From Octopus bimaculoides (taxonomy: Eukaryota), in the NCBI RefSeq assembly GCF_001194135.2, contig NC_068997.1, positions 31,966,472 through 32,030,471 on the forward strand: 64,000 nucleotides of DNA, written 5' to 3'. The stretch's first letter is position 1, and each line of letters opens with the position of its first letter. The notes under the pieces were generated by a model, which saw only the letters and a program-made list of their open reading frames with translations, had not been told where the DNA came from and made no database searches. The translations under genes and the position numbers were made by a program. Below, piece by piece: positions 1 to 12,780 of this stretch.

Positions 1-390
1 GTGCACCTTGGTGCAGTCCTATCAAATTGTTCAGCTCCTGTCAACCCATGCCTGCATGGAAGACAGACATTAAACGATGATGATATATGTGTGTGTGTGT
101 GTGTGTGTGTGTATTGCTTAGGCATTGCAAGATAAATAACCTGATGTGTACAGCTCAATATACATATGTTTCAGAACAAAGTGTTACATGAGTATAAAGA
201 AGTAATTTGGAAAAGAGCTGACACACAAAAGATGACGGTTATGTTATGAACTTCATAACATAACCATCATCTTTCCTGTATCCTATCTTTTTCTTTATAA
301 GTATATATGTATATATATATTTAAAGAAGTTTGCTTTAGAATCATATGGCTAAGGGTTCAATCCCACTGCATGGATGCTGTTGATAAAAA

Positions 391-422
<32 letters not shown>

Positions 423-774
423 TCCCCCTCATCTTCATATGTATATGCTGATCATAAACAAAAGCTTTCAACATCTGTACAGACAGCATTGTTTTCTTTG
501 CAGCCATCCCATAAAAGTCATGTCCAAACTGTTCGTTGCTTGACAGACTGGAGGAATTATTACCTTGTTAGGAAACAAGCAAGGGTTTGTGCCAGAAGGG
601 GCATACAGCCAGGCAAAATTCTGGCACAAAGAATTCATATCCGATGATACCTGTAAGCATGTAAAAGCAGACATCACAATGACAATGATAAGTCAGGTGT
701 ATATGCTATTGTCACCATTTTTAATGTCCAGTTTTCCAAATTTGCATGAGTCTGACAGAATTCATTAAAACAGA

Positions 775-1125
775 TTTTTCATTAGCCAGATGCCGTTCCT
801 GTCACTAACCTTTGCTGCTTCCAAGCAAAGTAATATTTCCCCATTGTTGAACATGTTTTTACAGAAGACTGGAAATGAAGGACATTATTTGTCTGACAGT
901 GATCGCTCATCTATAACCACAATGTGATATCAAGATATGGAAATACAATCACACATACATGTATATGATGGGCTTTTTTCAGTTCCTGTCTACGATCAGA
1001 TCCATTCACAAGGCAGCAAAGAGCGATAGAAAAAAGAACACTTGCGTAAAGACTACTAAAGTGGGACTGAACCCATAACCATACAGTTAGGAAACGAACT
1101 TCTTAACCACAAAGCCATGTTTGTG
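775..1125. mobile_element. Interspersed repeat (related copies at 24490-24710 and 38780-38950) followed by a reversed family A head
   Basis: Shared CCAGATG..CTTCCTGTCAC..AAGGTAATATTTCC block across three loci. Confidence 0.55.
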
Positions 1126-1991
1126 CTTATATAAAATATATAAACAATATAGAGAGAGAAGAGGGAGAGATATATATGTATAAATAATAACATATTCACA
1201 TTCACATACACTTAGATTTTCTCATGACATATTCAGCCATGAGAAAGAGATCAAAGTGTCTAATTCAATCACTGAAATTAAACTTCAGAATGTTGAGGCA
1301 ACAACATTGGCCCTGTCAGCAGTCAAAGAGAGGGTGGGGTCTCTACATGAATACAAAACAACTGAGTGAGATGTGTGCGTGTGTGTGTGTTGCTAAGGAA
1401 GGACCTAAATGAATTCATGTATCTAGATCAGATGTGAGAGTTGTTTATGAAAATTGAATATGTGAATGTGTGTGTGCTTGTATTTGCATAGAAATCATAT
1501 GAACTGTTTGTTTGTTTGTTTTCCTTCTTTCTTTTCTATTGTGAAGATAAACAAGGTTATGTAACACTTTTGATCCATAGTGTGTCATTGTATAAGTTTA
1601 ACAGACACAGCTAATGCATACAAGTCATGCTAGCAGTATGAAGCGGTGATCTTTTCTTTAAGAAAACAACTCTAAATTGAACTTCCCACTCCACTCTCCC
1701 CCCTTTCCCCAAGTATTCTCTACACTGGCAAGAAGTATTTTATGAAATCAGCTTGCAAAGTCAAGCTATCCAAGGTGTAGTACCAGCTACAACTTAAGTA
1801 AAAGAGTGTATACGGAGCCAACAGGTCAAAACAGATCTGCCAATTTCTGTAAGCAGTCATTCATCAATTTAATGTGCTTTCATATAAAGGTGGCATGCAC
1901 CAACATTTACTTGACCTAAAACTGAACAGAAGGTACAATGTTATTGCAGTCATTAGCTTTAGGAACAATACGTGTGTGTGTGTGTGTGTGT

Positions 1992-2275
1992 TGTGAAGGC
2001 ACATGGCCTAGTGGTTAAGGTGTTGCACTCATGATTGCAAGATTGTGGGTTTGATTCCCAGACTAGGCAGTGCATCATGTCTTTGAGCAAAAACACTTCA
2101 TTGCACTTTGCTCTGCAATCACTTTGACATCTGATGTGAGTTGCATGCATGTGCATCCATACAAGCAATGTAGATTTGATGGAGGGAGGGAGGGAGTAAT
2201 GTACAGCACATATAATTTAATCACCAGAAACAAATTATCTCTGTGGTTGTTCAGTAAGAAATTGCAGCAGAACCT
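1992..2275 (+). mobile_element. SINE family C
   Basis: TGTGAAGGCACATGGCCTAGTGGTTAAGG...GGTTTGATTCCCAGAC. Confidence 0.75.
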
Positions 2276-2441
2276 TTATCTGTTTTCTAACAGAAGAATC
2301 CATACTATATATGTTTATATCTATCTATCTATCTATATATATATATATAATAATAAAAATAATAATTTTTAAAAATGACAACAAAAGAATGAGACTTAGA
2401 TATTAGGTAAATAAAGTATATTTACATATATATACATTGTA

Positions 2442-2608
2442 TAGGACAATCAGTAAGTTGTCATGATAATACTCAGAGTTTCAAATGCCAGAGCTAAGAA
2501 CTACGATGCATTCTCTATTGTCATAATAGCCAATGAGAATGCATCATAGCTCTTAGCTCTGGCGTTTGAAACTCTGAGTACTATTATGACAACTTACTGA
2601 TTGTCCTA
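2442..2608. repeat. Near-perfect 167-bp inverted repeat (74-bp arms)
   Basis: 2442-2515 is the reverse complement of 2535-2608 except for 5 transitions. Confidence 0.95.
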
Positions 2609-2621
2609 AACTATACATATA

Positions 2622-2673
<52 letters not shown>

Positions 2674-3357
2674 TCACTTAGTCATAGCAATAATAATACT
2701 TGGTGGTGATTCACAAGCATGCAATTATGAATGCATTGCATCTTATAGCAGAAACAGTTGTAAGCTAATGAAGTTTGTAACATAAATTTCTTTTTCTTTT
2801 GTCATTTTAATTTCCTACATATATATATTAGCACAGGATACATCAGAGCAAGATGTGGGTCCTTCAATAAGCTGAATCTTGTCAAACCATCCAACCCATG
2901 CCAGCATGATAAGCAACATGATATAATGATGAATAATGATGGTGGTATGCGCAAAAACACATACAAACACACACACGCACACAAAATGTATACAGTCGTT
3001 CAATTGGCTGAACTACCAGGATCACTGAATGCATGCATAGTGGTTGAGTATTTCCACAGACAGATGTATCCTTAACATAATTCTCAAATGGAGTTGGTAA
3101 AACAGTGTGTGACAAGGCTAGACCTTTGAACTACAGAACTACAATACATCCAAACGGTTTGTATACCACTGTTACTACAGTCTAACCAATTTCAGTCAAA
3201 TGATATGGGCCAACCCAAGGCTACAGGAAATAACACCTGCCCAAGATGACACACAGAAAATGAACTATATATATATGCATGTATATAGGTGTGCGTATAT
3301 ACACACACACAAATACAATATGTTAAAACACAGCCTCAATAATGTATTCATCTAACC

Positions 3358-3707
3358 TAGGGGTTCTAAACCATTTTTTATCTATGGACCCCTATGATTA
3401 CTATTTTATTTTGGTGAACCCCCATAGCTATTTGATATTTAAAAACTAGTTTTATAGAAACGTCTTTCAAAATTCTTATTTTGTTCTTCACACATTCACT
3501 TGCGTAAGCTGAACTATGTAAAACATTTGAGAAAGAAACCCAGCTGTTTCTTGCAATATATACCAATACACACATCTAAAGCAAAATTGTTTTAAGGACC
3601 CTTAAAATACTGTTGTGAATCTCCAATTTACTATTTTGTGGCATGGACCAAAAAAAATCTTATATGGATCCTCAGGAGCCAATGAGAACCCCGATTGAAA
3701 ACTACCC
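3358..3707. mobile_element. hAT (Charlie-like) MITE, 350 bp, perfect 8-bp TSD
   Basis: Ends are TAGGGGTTCTAAACC and GATTGAAAACTACCC. ATCTAACC is duplicated at 3350-3357 and 3708-3715. Same family as 47937-48282. Confidence 0.8.
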
Positions 3708-3807
3708 ATCTAACCCATGCTAGCATGGGAAGATGGGCATAGAACAAACAAGCAAATACACACACTATATATTATGTATATACATATGTATATGTGTGTG
3801 TGTGTTT

Positions 3808-3853
<46 letters not shown>

Positions 3854-3946
3854 TCACACACACATTCATATCTACATGCAACTAATATTCTACGAGGTGT
3901 GGTGGTATGTGTGAGTGGGAGTTTAACATCAAATTTAAGCACTTAC

Positions 3947-4146
3947 CTATCACGCATGATGTTAGGGGGCTGGGGTAAGTATTTGTTATCTTTCAGGGCA
4001 GTGATGAGACTTTGGGGCCACGCTGAGTACGCTGACACTGGAGCCATTGTTGGTTGTGCTGAATGGTGCGGGGACCATGGTGAAACTTGACTGGTTGGGC
4101 TCTCTTCGCTCTTCACACGTTTGCTATGTAACCAGTCATCAGAACT
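3947..4146 (-). CDS. SKI: Downstream internal coding exon of the same Ski/Sno gene (200 nt, phase 0-2)
   Basis: Strong acceptor (ttaatctgttttctgtctttcag|AGT) and consensus donor (GAT AG|gtaagt). Translation SSDDWLHSKRVKSEESPTSQVSPWSPHHSAQPTMAPVSAYSAWPQSLITALKDNKYLPQPPNIMRD(R) resembles human SKI ...SAFRPWSP...LPALIRDS. Its start phase fits the phase-0 end of the 30619-30912 exon. Confidence 0.85.
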
Positions 4147-6106
4147 CTGAAAGACAGAAAACAGATTAAGGTCATTAAGGTTCCTGATCAAGAGTAAAAG
4201 GCGTACTTATGGTGTGTGGAGGGATGATGCCTATTGAGAAGAGGATGCTGTGATGATGATGGTGTTGGTGATGGTTGTAGTAGTGGTGGTGGTAGCAGCA
4301 GTGGTTATGATGTAGTGATTTTTGATGACAGTGTCAGCGGCAATGGTAGTGATGGTTCTGATGATGAAAAAGAGGATGACAGGACTGTGGTGGTGTTAGT
4401 TGTATTGGGGGTGGTGGTGGTGATAATGATAATTATGATGACATTGACAATATTAAATGTATCAATAGATATAATTAAGCTCAGGTATTTATTTAAATAA
4501 ATAGTATATAATGAGGCAATCAAGTATTAGCAGAATCAGTAGAGCTCTACACAAAATACACTGCAGTATTTATGTCCCTTAACATTCTATGTTTGAAAAA
4601 CCTATCTCATTTGACTTAATCATTCATCCTTCCTGTGGCCAATAAAAGACTGTGATCAATATGATCGACTATAGCTTGTCCCCTCCCTAAACTATGTGAC
4701 CTCATGCCTATATAAGTAATCAATAATTTTTATATCAAGTATAAACACCAATGATCTTTCCAAGTTCAACACAATGTCAGAATTACCATGAAATGGAGCT
4801 TACTCAATGAAATCAACCACAAGAACTGAACTGTACGAACAAGAGACAAGAGCCAACTGCAGAATGTAAAGAGAATGCAACTAGATACCACAAAATTTCT
4901 TGTCCAGCAATTAACTGATTCCGCCATACACCATTCTCCCGCTGATCATTCTTACGTGAGTAACATTTAGATCTTCCACAAAAAACAGTTTGCCCCTTCC
5001 TCCTTTCATACTTTAACCTCTCATCTCCTCACATGACCCACCTGGGTTTTGAAATTTCGCAAGCTGCATGGCAACATTACTAGTGCTAGCACCCAAAAAA
5101 ATTTTTTTAAAAGCATCCAGCACATGCTGTATAGTGGTCAGTGTTAGGAAGGGCATCCAGCCATAGAAACCATACCAAAGCAGATATTTGAGCACAATGT
5201 GGTCCTTAGGCTCATCGATTCCAGTCAAACCATTCGACCCATGCCAGTATGGAACACAGACATTAAATGATGTCATTGGACAAACATATTTCAGATGAAA
5301 ATATGAAAACTGCTACATACATAAAAAATTCAAACAGGTCAATAACAAAAGAGAAGGTTAGCAGCAGGATGACAGATTACAGCCTTGTCCCAAAGGAAGC
5401 AGTGGACACAGTTGACAGTTTGATGCTATCAACTATTTCTTGTAAGCTTCACAATTTTTTTTAAAAACCCAGCTAACTGCATTTCCATGTCTAAGTTCTG
5501 TTGTATGTTGGCCACATTTAAAACCATTCTTTTCTCTGCATCACCTGTCACACATACAGTACTAAATAACTTACTCAATCTTTTCTCACCACACTGGCAG
5601 CTCTCTACAGATCTCCTTTAATCATGTTATTTCTCTTTGATTTCTCTACTTTCAAAGTAAACTCAATAAAATTATCCCAAACTAAAGGGCTCTGGTACAG
5701 CTATGGACACTGCCTTCTTGTCACATAAAATAAACAATCCAAGACTATCTATCTACAGATGCTTTATATGCACATCAACAACTAGAGCCTTTTACTGCCC
5801 ATATCAAGAAAGGCATTGAAACAGGATTATAAATTTGTAGAGATGAATGACTGTCCCTCCTGGTGGGTTTGCTGTCAAATTCAGACACCGTACTTTCCAA
5901 CATACAAGACAAATTTCTCAGACAAAAATTTACAACCAAAACAAGCAGGTAATCTTAAACACCAAGATGACTTTTGAGGACTAAAAATTCCATGTGAAAT
6001 GCAGTAGTATTTGGAAAGATAGACATGTTTGAATGTTTACACTAAGTACAATGTCAACTTGTATACCAGAAAATATGGTTCACAGGTATCACTTTCTCAG
6101 AATGTA

Positions 6107-6168
6107 CAAGGTGTTAATAATTCATTTAAACTGTTTTAAATTTACAATAATTTAGCACCACACACACA

Positions 6169-6254
<86 letters not shown>

Positions 6255-6374
6255 ATACAGGAAATATGTACATTTGAAGTGAAGATTCACATTTTGTGAA
6301 TTACAAATAAGAAAATGTAATTAAAACAAACTCATTAAACTTTTAAATCCCTCTGTGACTTTTGGGCCACCTTG
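6107..6374. mobile_element. Possible Tc1-type MITE carrying a long (GT)n
   Basis: TA|CAAGGTG...CACCTTG|TA. The right end GTGACTTTTGGGCCACCTTG resembles that of 56724-56884. Confidence 0.45.
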
Positions 6375-8019
6375 TATATTAAAACAGGAACTTTTGAGTA
6401 TGCAGGTATTTTGGATACCTCACAGAATGATGACCATTATGTGTTGCTCTTTCGCAAGGCATAACACCCATTCAGCTACCCTGCCATGGATATGGTGAAG
6501 TCATGGGACTGCAGCATGGCAGCTTGTGAAGGGGTAGTGGAAGAGTTCAACTGGGCAGAGAAATGTGAAAAGATTGACTGTCAGGAGACACCAAGCCCTA
6601 TAACTGCAATTCATCCATAGGGGTGGCGTCCATGGTTTAATCACCTAATGAAAGATTCACTATGACTCGAGTTTCCAATTCAAATTCATAAAAATGGAAT
6701 TGGTTGGTGACAGAGGGTCATGGGAATTTGCAAAAGCAGCATGACCAAAGAAGAAGTCCAGAACTTTAATTCTTCTTCCTTTCCATCATCTTACACTCAA
6801 TCACTCAATGCAGCTGGTAGGTTATAAATATCAGGTCACTTATAGATATTTGGTTGGCCGTAGACATTCAGTCATTTACAGATACATACCAGTGTATCTG
6901 ACTGCCCAATGGTAAGTATCAATAGTACAAATCAATAAACAACGGTATCAGCAACAGACATGATTCGGAGCTTTGTCTTTACTAAGTCACTAATGCTAAT
7001 AAAACAACTTAACTATTGCTTTTCAAGCTGATGGTGTACCAGAGTAATTCTTACTGGTAGTACATTCTCTGAAATATGCTAGTTTCCTAAACCTATGTAT
7101 GTACATATTTTACATCTACCAAGTGATTCTCTCATCACTAGTTTGGCAATTATCATGAAGCTTAGGCCTTGTTGAGGAGTTCTAATAACACTGAAACATA
7201 TCAGGAGTTGTCTACTGTACTTGCTAGAATAATTTACATAATATTAGCCATTGACTAATGTTGTCTTCCCTAATGACAATTATTTCTAATTATAAGTACT
7301 AGAAGACATTGCCTAAGGTACAGATCAGTGGGATTGAACCTGAAGTCATGTAACTGTAAAACAAATTTCTTAAACACACAACCACAACTGTTCACATAAT
7401 CATTACTATCACAACTACTAAAAATGCCACCACAACCATTGCCGGTAGCACCACTACCACTATTACTACTACTATTATTGCTGGCGGTAGAGAAAAGGAA
7501 ATAGTGCCAGACAGAAAAATGCCTTACAGGTATTTAGTCTAGGTATAAATTCCTACAAGACCATCTGTACCTGTCATCAATCCATCCATCCTTGTACTTG
7601 GGGTGGAGTCAATCAACTATATTCCTTGATTAAGAATGTCTGGCCTTCTGCCAATGTCAGAAACTGCTGCTGCTGCTGCCAGCAATACCTGATTTAGGCA
7701 TGAGCCAAGCAAGCTTCTGCTAGGGGCCACAAGATCTACAGGGGTTTCAAAATAATTAAAACCCATATATGTTTCCTATCTTTTTTTTTTGTGAGATTTT
7801 CAGGTGTATTTTTTTTTTAAATGGCCTCCAAGCTTTATATAGCTTAGGGTCTCACCAAGTTAATTCTGGCACTGACTGTAAACACCACCACCACCTCTAT
7901 TACTACTGCTGCTGTTGCTAATACTACTAATACTACAAGAACAACAATCGTTACTATTGTGACTAATAATATTACTACTATTGCCACCACAACTAAAACT
8001 TAGTTTCACAGCTAAGATT

Positions 8020-8272
8020 ATCCATGCTACTACTACTACTACTACTACTGCTACTACTACTACTACTACTACTACCGAATCACTATTTCTACAGTTGAAT
8101 GTGCACTGCTACAACAACCAATCACCAGTGTCAACAGTATACATACATATACATACATACACACAGGCACATTATTTCCACTAACCTAGCAGTATAATAG
8201 AACATCATAAGAACTACCAACGTTGCTACTGCTACTGCTACTGCAGCTACTACTCTCCCTCTGCATCTCTTG

Positions 8273-8317
<45 letters not shown>

Positions 8318-8815
8318 NNNNNNNNNNNNNNNNNNNNNNNNNNNNNNNNNNNNNNNNNNNNNNNNNNNNNNNNNNNNNNNNNNNNNNNNNNNNNNNNNNN
8401 NNNNNNNNNNNNNNNNNNNNNNNNNNNNNNNNNNNNNNNNNNNNNNNNNNNNNNNNNNNNNNNNNNNNNNNNNNNNNNNNNNNNNNNNNNNNNNNNNNNN
8501 NNNNNNNNNNNNNNNNNNNNNNNNNNNNNNNNNNNNNNNNNNNNNNNNNNNNNNNNNNNNNNNNNNNNNNNNNNNNNNNNNNNNNNNNNNNNNNNNNNNN
8601 NNNNNNNNNNNNNNNNNNNNNNNNNNNNNNNNNNNNNNNNNNNNNNNNNNNATATATATATATATATATATATAGTAATACAACCACCCGAGACTAGAAG
8701 CGCTACTACTCTACACTATGAGAGTTACCCTAACCCCCACAATCAACACTGACTATTATTACTAGTGTCCCCATGGCTACACGCACACGTGTGTGTGTGT
8801 GTGTGTATGTATATA

Positions 8816-8859
<44 letters not shown>

Positions 8860-8886
8860 CACACACATATAAATGTATATACGTGT

Positions 8887-8943
<57 letters not shown>

Positions 8944-9090
8944 ATGGTGGTGGTAGGAGATATAGCTGTAATAGTCTGGGTAGTGTGGAGTAATAGTACT
9001 TACGGTCATGGGTTAGTTGTATTAGTAGATATGCATACCTCTCTCTCTCTCTCTCTGCATATGTATGTGTGTGTGTGTGTGTGTGTGTAG
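8020..9090. repeat. Microsatellite cluster: (ACT)n, (TA)n, (TG)n, (TAG)n, (CT)n
   Basis: Directly visible, with a gap at 8318-8651. Confidence 0.95.
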
Positions 9091-9701
9091 GAGAGCGAGG
9101 CAGAGAATCACCAGTACAATGACCTCACTCTCACCACCACCACCACCAGAGTCAGAACTTACTACTGTCTCGCACACACATACATATACACACATACACA
9201 CACAGTCCATGAACTGGGTTACCAGCTACAATACCATAGTATTTTTAGTAAACAAGTAGCTTTACAGCAGCAGCACCACCACTAGCAGCAATAGCAATTT
9301 GTATTTATACACTCACATACATCTGTACGTACACACACACACACCTAAGACGTACATCTAATACAACATCAATGCCTAACACATAGGCAGACACACACAT
9401 ACACGTAACATTTCCAACCATGTCATAACTTTTGAATCTTACAGTTCTAGCAGTGTGGCACGGAAGACGAGTTATCATAGCAAGAGAAATTGATAGAGGT
9501 GGGGGAGGGGAAGAAGTGATAAGTAGTCATAAGAGGAGGAAGAAATGGGTTGGCGAAGGAGGGAACGTGAGACTTAAATATAATCGATAAATTTTCACTT
9601 GGTCCCTCATTTTCGCATACTCGCAGCTGTACTCACTACACTCATCTGGAAACACCCAATCACACAAAAGTTCTGTTTTAATACCTCTGTGTATGTGTGC
9701 G

Positions 9702-9768
<67 letters not shown>

Positions 9769-10751
9769 NNNNNNNNNNNNNNNNNNNNNNNNNNNNNNNN
9801 NNNNNNNNNNNNNNNNNNNNNNNNNNNNNNNNNNNNNNNNNNNNNNNNNNNNNNNNNNNNNNNNNNNNNNNNNNNNNNNNNNNNNNNNNNNNNNNNNNNN
9901 NNNNNNNNNNNNNNNNNNNNNNNNNNNNNNNNNNNNNNNNNNNNNNNNNNNNNNNNNNNNNNNNNNNNNNNNNNNNNNNNNNNNNNNNNNNNNNNNNNNN
10001 NNNNNNNNNNNNNNNNNNNNNNNNNNNNNNNNNNNNNNNNNNNNNNNNNNNNNNNNNNNNNNNNNNNNNNNNNNNNNNNNNNNNNNNNNNNNNNNNNNNN
10101 NNNNNNNNNNNNNNNNNNNNNNNNNNNNNNNNNNNNNNNNNNNNNNNNNNNNNNNNNNNNNNNNNNNNNNNNNNNNNNNNNNNNNNNNNNNNNNNNNNNN
10201 NNNNNNNNNNNNNNNNNNNNNNNNNNNNNNNNNNNNNNNNNNNNNNNNNNNNNNNNNNNNNNNNNNNNNNNNNNNNNNNNNNNNNNNNNNNNNNNNNNNN
10301 NNNNNNNNNNNNNNNNNNNNNNNNNNNNNNNNNNNNNNNNNNNNNNNNNNNNNNNNNNNNNNNNNNNNNNNNNNNNNNNNNNNNNNNNNNNNNNNNNNNN
10401 NNNNNNNNNNNNNNNNNNNNNNNNNNNNNNNNNNNNNNNNNNNNNNNNNNNNNNNNNNNNNNNNNNNNNNNNNNNNNNNNNNNNNNNNNNNNNNNNNNNN
10501 NNNNNNNNNNNNNNNNNNNNNNNNNNNNNNNNNNNNNNNNNNNNNNNNNNNNNNNNNNNNNNNNNNNNNNNNNNNNNNNNNNNNNNNNNNNNNNNNNNNN
10601 NNNNNNNNNNNNNNNNNNNNNNNNNNNNNNNNNNNNNNNNNNNNNNNNNNNNNNNNNNNNNNNNNNNNNNNNNNNNNNNNNNNNNNNNNNNNNNNNNNNN
10701 NNNNNNNNNNNNNNNNNNATATACATACATAAATATATGCATTATATATAT

Positions 10752-11405
10752 TCTTAACACTAGCTGCATTGCCAAACTGATGGAATCCTGTGTTAGAGAA
10801 ACTCTCTGGAACTTTGGGAATTCTCACAGCTTTATCTGGCCATTGCAATTTGGATTTATCCCTTACTCCAGTCTGGAGCCCCTATCTTGCTCAGGACATT
10901 GACCTCCTGGAAACTGTTCAGAGATGTGCAACCAAGCAAACACCCTCCATCAGGCATCTACCATACTCTGAACACCTTGCTTCCCTGGGCAGAGATACAT
11001 TGAAGCTACAACATCTAGCAACTGGCTTGCTAAACACCCACAAAATTATTAGCCATTGTGCCAACATCTACCTTGAGAACCTTTCTGAGCTCTATGTTAG
11101 AAAACAGCACAGCTCCCATGATTTTGCAAACATTTATTGACACTTTGACTTTCTGAAGCATGGAACAGCCTACCTGCATCAGTTTTTAGCTGCCGAGATA
11201 TTGCATCCTTTAAAACCTCCATGCTTCCTGAAATTCACCAACACTACACCCGATATCCTCACCTCCATACGCATGCACACATGTATATCATGACTCATGC
11301 ACTGCTCATTTTCCTGACTCTTGTACATAATTCTATGTAGTCTACATGCACCTTTGATAAGTTGTAGAGTCTGACGAATGGGACATGAAACTCTGAGTAA
11401 CAGTT
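10752..11405 (+). mobile_element. CR1/L2-type LINE 3' fragment with internal deletion
   Basis: TSCIAKLMESCVRE...LQFGFIP is joined directly to PVWSPYLAQDIDLLETVQRCATKQTPSIRHLPYSEHLASLG. These are pre-RT and post-RT motifs of CR1-like ORF2. Confidence 0.8.
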
Positions 11406-11443
11406 TGTGTGATATCTTTGCAGCTTTATTAATAAAGTCTATG

Positions 11444-11489
<46 letters not shown>

Positions 11490-11493
<4 letters not shown>

Positions 11494-11900
11494 GGCGTGG
11501 CTGTGTGATAAGAAGGCGGTGAGCTGGCAGAAACGTTAGCACGCCGGGCGAAATGCTTAGCGGTATTTCGTCTGCAGTTACGTTCTGAGTTCAAATTCCG
11601 CCATGGTCGACTTTGCCTTTCATCCTTTCGGGGTCGATAAATAAAGTACCAGTTATGCACTGGGGTCGATGTAATCGACTTAATCTCTTCGTTTGTCCCC
11701 TCTATGTTTAGCCCATTGTGGGTAATGAAGAAATAAGAAGCTTGCTTCCCAGTCACATGGTTCCAGGTTCAGTCCCACAGCATGACACCTTGGACAAGTG
11801 TCCTCTACTATAAGCCTGGGCCAATCAAAGCCTTGTCAGTAGATTCAATAGGCGGAAACTGAGACGTATTGTGTGTGTCTGTGTCTTCTTGCTTTAATGT
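11490..11900 (+). mobile_element. SINE family A head interrupted by a family B SINE
   Basis: The head breaks after GTGATAAGAAG and resumes at CTTGCTTCCC (11741). Confidence 0.75.
11516..11732 (+). mobile_element. tRNA-derived SINE family B, young, with TSD
   Basis: GGCAGAAACGTTAGCACGCCGGGCGAAATG...GAGTTCAAATTCCGCC, flanked by ATAAGAAG at 11508-11515 and 11733-11740. Confidence 0.85.
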
Positions 11901-12343
11901 CGTGACAGATGTAAACAAGTATTCCTGTTATACAAGTAGTTGGTATACATCTTCATTGAAAACACATTGTGTACCTACATTGTCAGCACAACACCATCAC
12001 AACTGCTATTTATGCCCATTGCCCATACACCAATTACATCTCTCTAGCTAGCACATCTGTCACTTTGATCTTGCAATTGTCTGCATTGAAATTAGTAGCA
12101 ATACATTATTAGTAGTGGTATTGGTAATGGTAATTAGGCAGTGGTGCTGGGAAAGAGAATTACAAGTTCAACTGTACGAACACCAATTTGATATAGTAGA
12201 TTTTCTATCATTAAATTTCTTAAACTCTGCTTACTAGCACCTGAGAACTTTGCTAGAAGAAACAACCAAAAAGGTATCAATGGAAAAATTATTATGCATG
12301 AGCATAATATTTTACTCTTCAATAAGGAATCTACTTGATTTAA

Positions 12344-12538
12344 CTCTTTAACATTTAAACCAGCTATATCAAGCCCAAATATTCTACCTGTTATATGTTC
12401 AAAATAGCCAGATCTGTCCTTTCACACCTACTCTACAATGCCATTATAAAAAAATAAATAATCACATCGTTGAAACCTCAAAGTTATGAGATAATACATT
12501 AATTAATTTAAAACAATGTGAATCTGGACACTAAAGGG
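12344..12538. mobile_element. TTAA-flanked MITE, same family as 46296-46496, opposite orientation
   Basis: TTAA|CTCTTTAACATTTAAACC...CTAAAGGG|TT. Shares interior blocks with 22498-22655. Confidence 0.55.
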
Positions 12539-12728
12539 TTTTAAAAAATCAGATCCTACAGGTTCCTTGGTTACGGTGTTGCATTCACTACTGCAAGACT
12601 ATGGTTTCATTTCTTGGACCAGGTGGTATGTTTTGTTCCTGAATGAAACACTTTAGTTCATGTTGCTCAAGTGAATCTAACGGTTTTTAGATTTTTAAAT
12701 GACTTATAAACACTTTCTACGCTGCAAT

Positions 12729-12780
<52 letters not shown>

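Noticed and set aside
4147-4185. Two CCTTAAT motifs resembling a U12 branch site before the exon at 4146
   Set aside because: The partner donor is GTAAGT (U2-type), not GTATCCTT, and a normal pyrimidine tract is present.
5290-6800. Complex sequence suggestive of an ancient LINE remnant (also 15100-15560)
   Set aside because: No diagnostic motif could be read in any frame. It needs a RepeatMasker or HMM search.
8186-10902. Long ORFs spanning N runs (also 28721-29740, 35159-35638, 39707-40854, 41479-42376, 53253-53872, 54519-54878)
   Set aside because: Open only because N codons and dinucleotide repeats lack stops.
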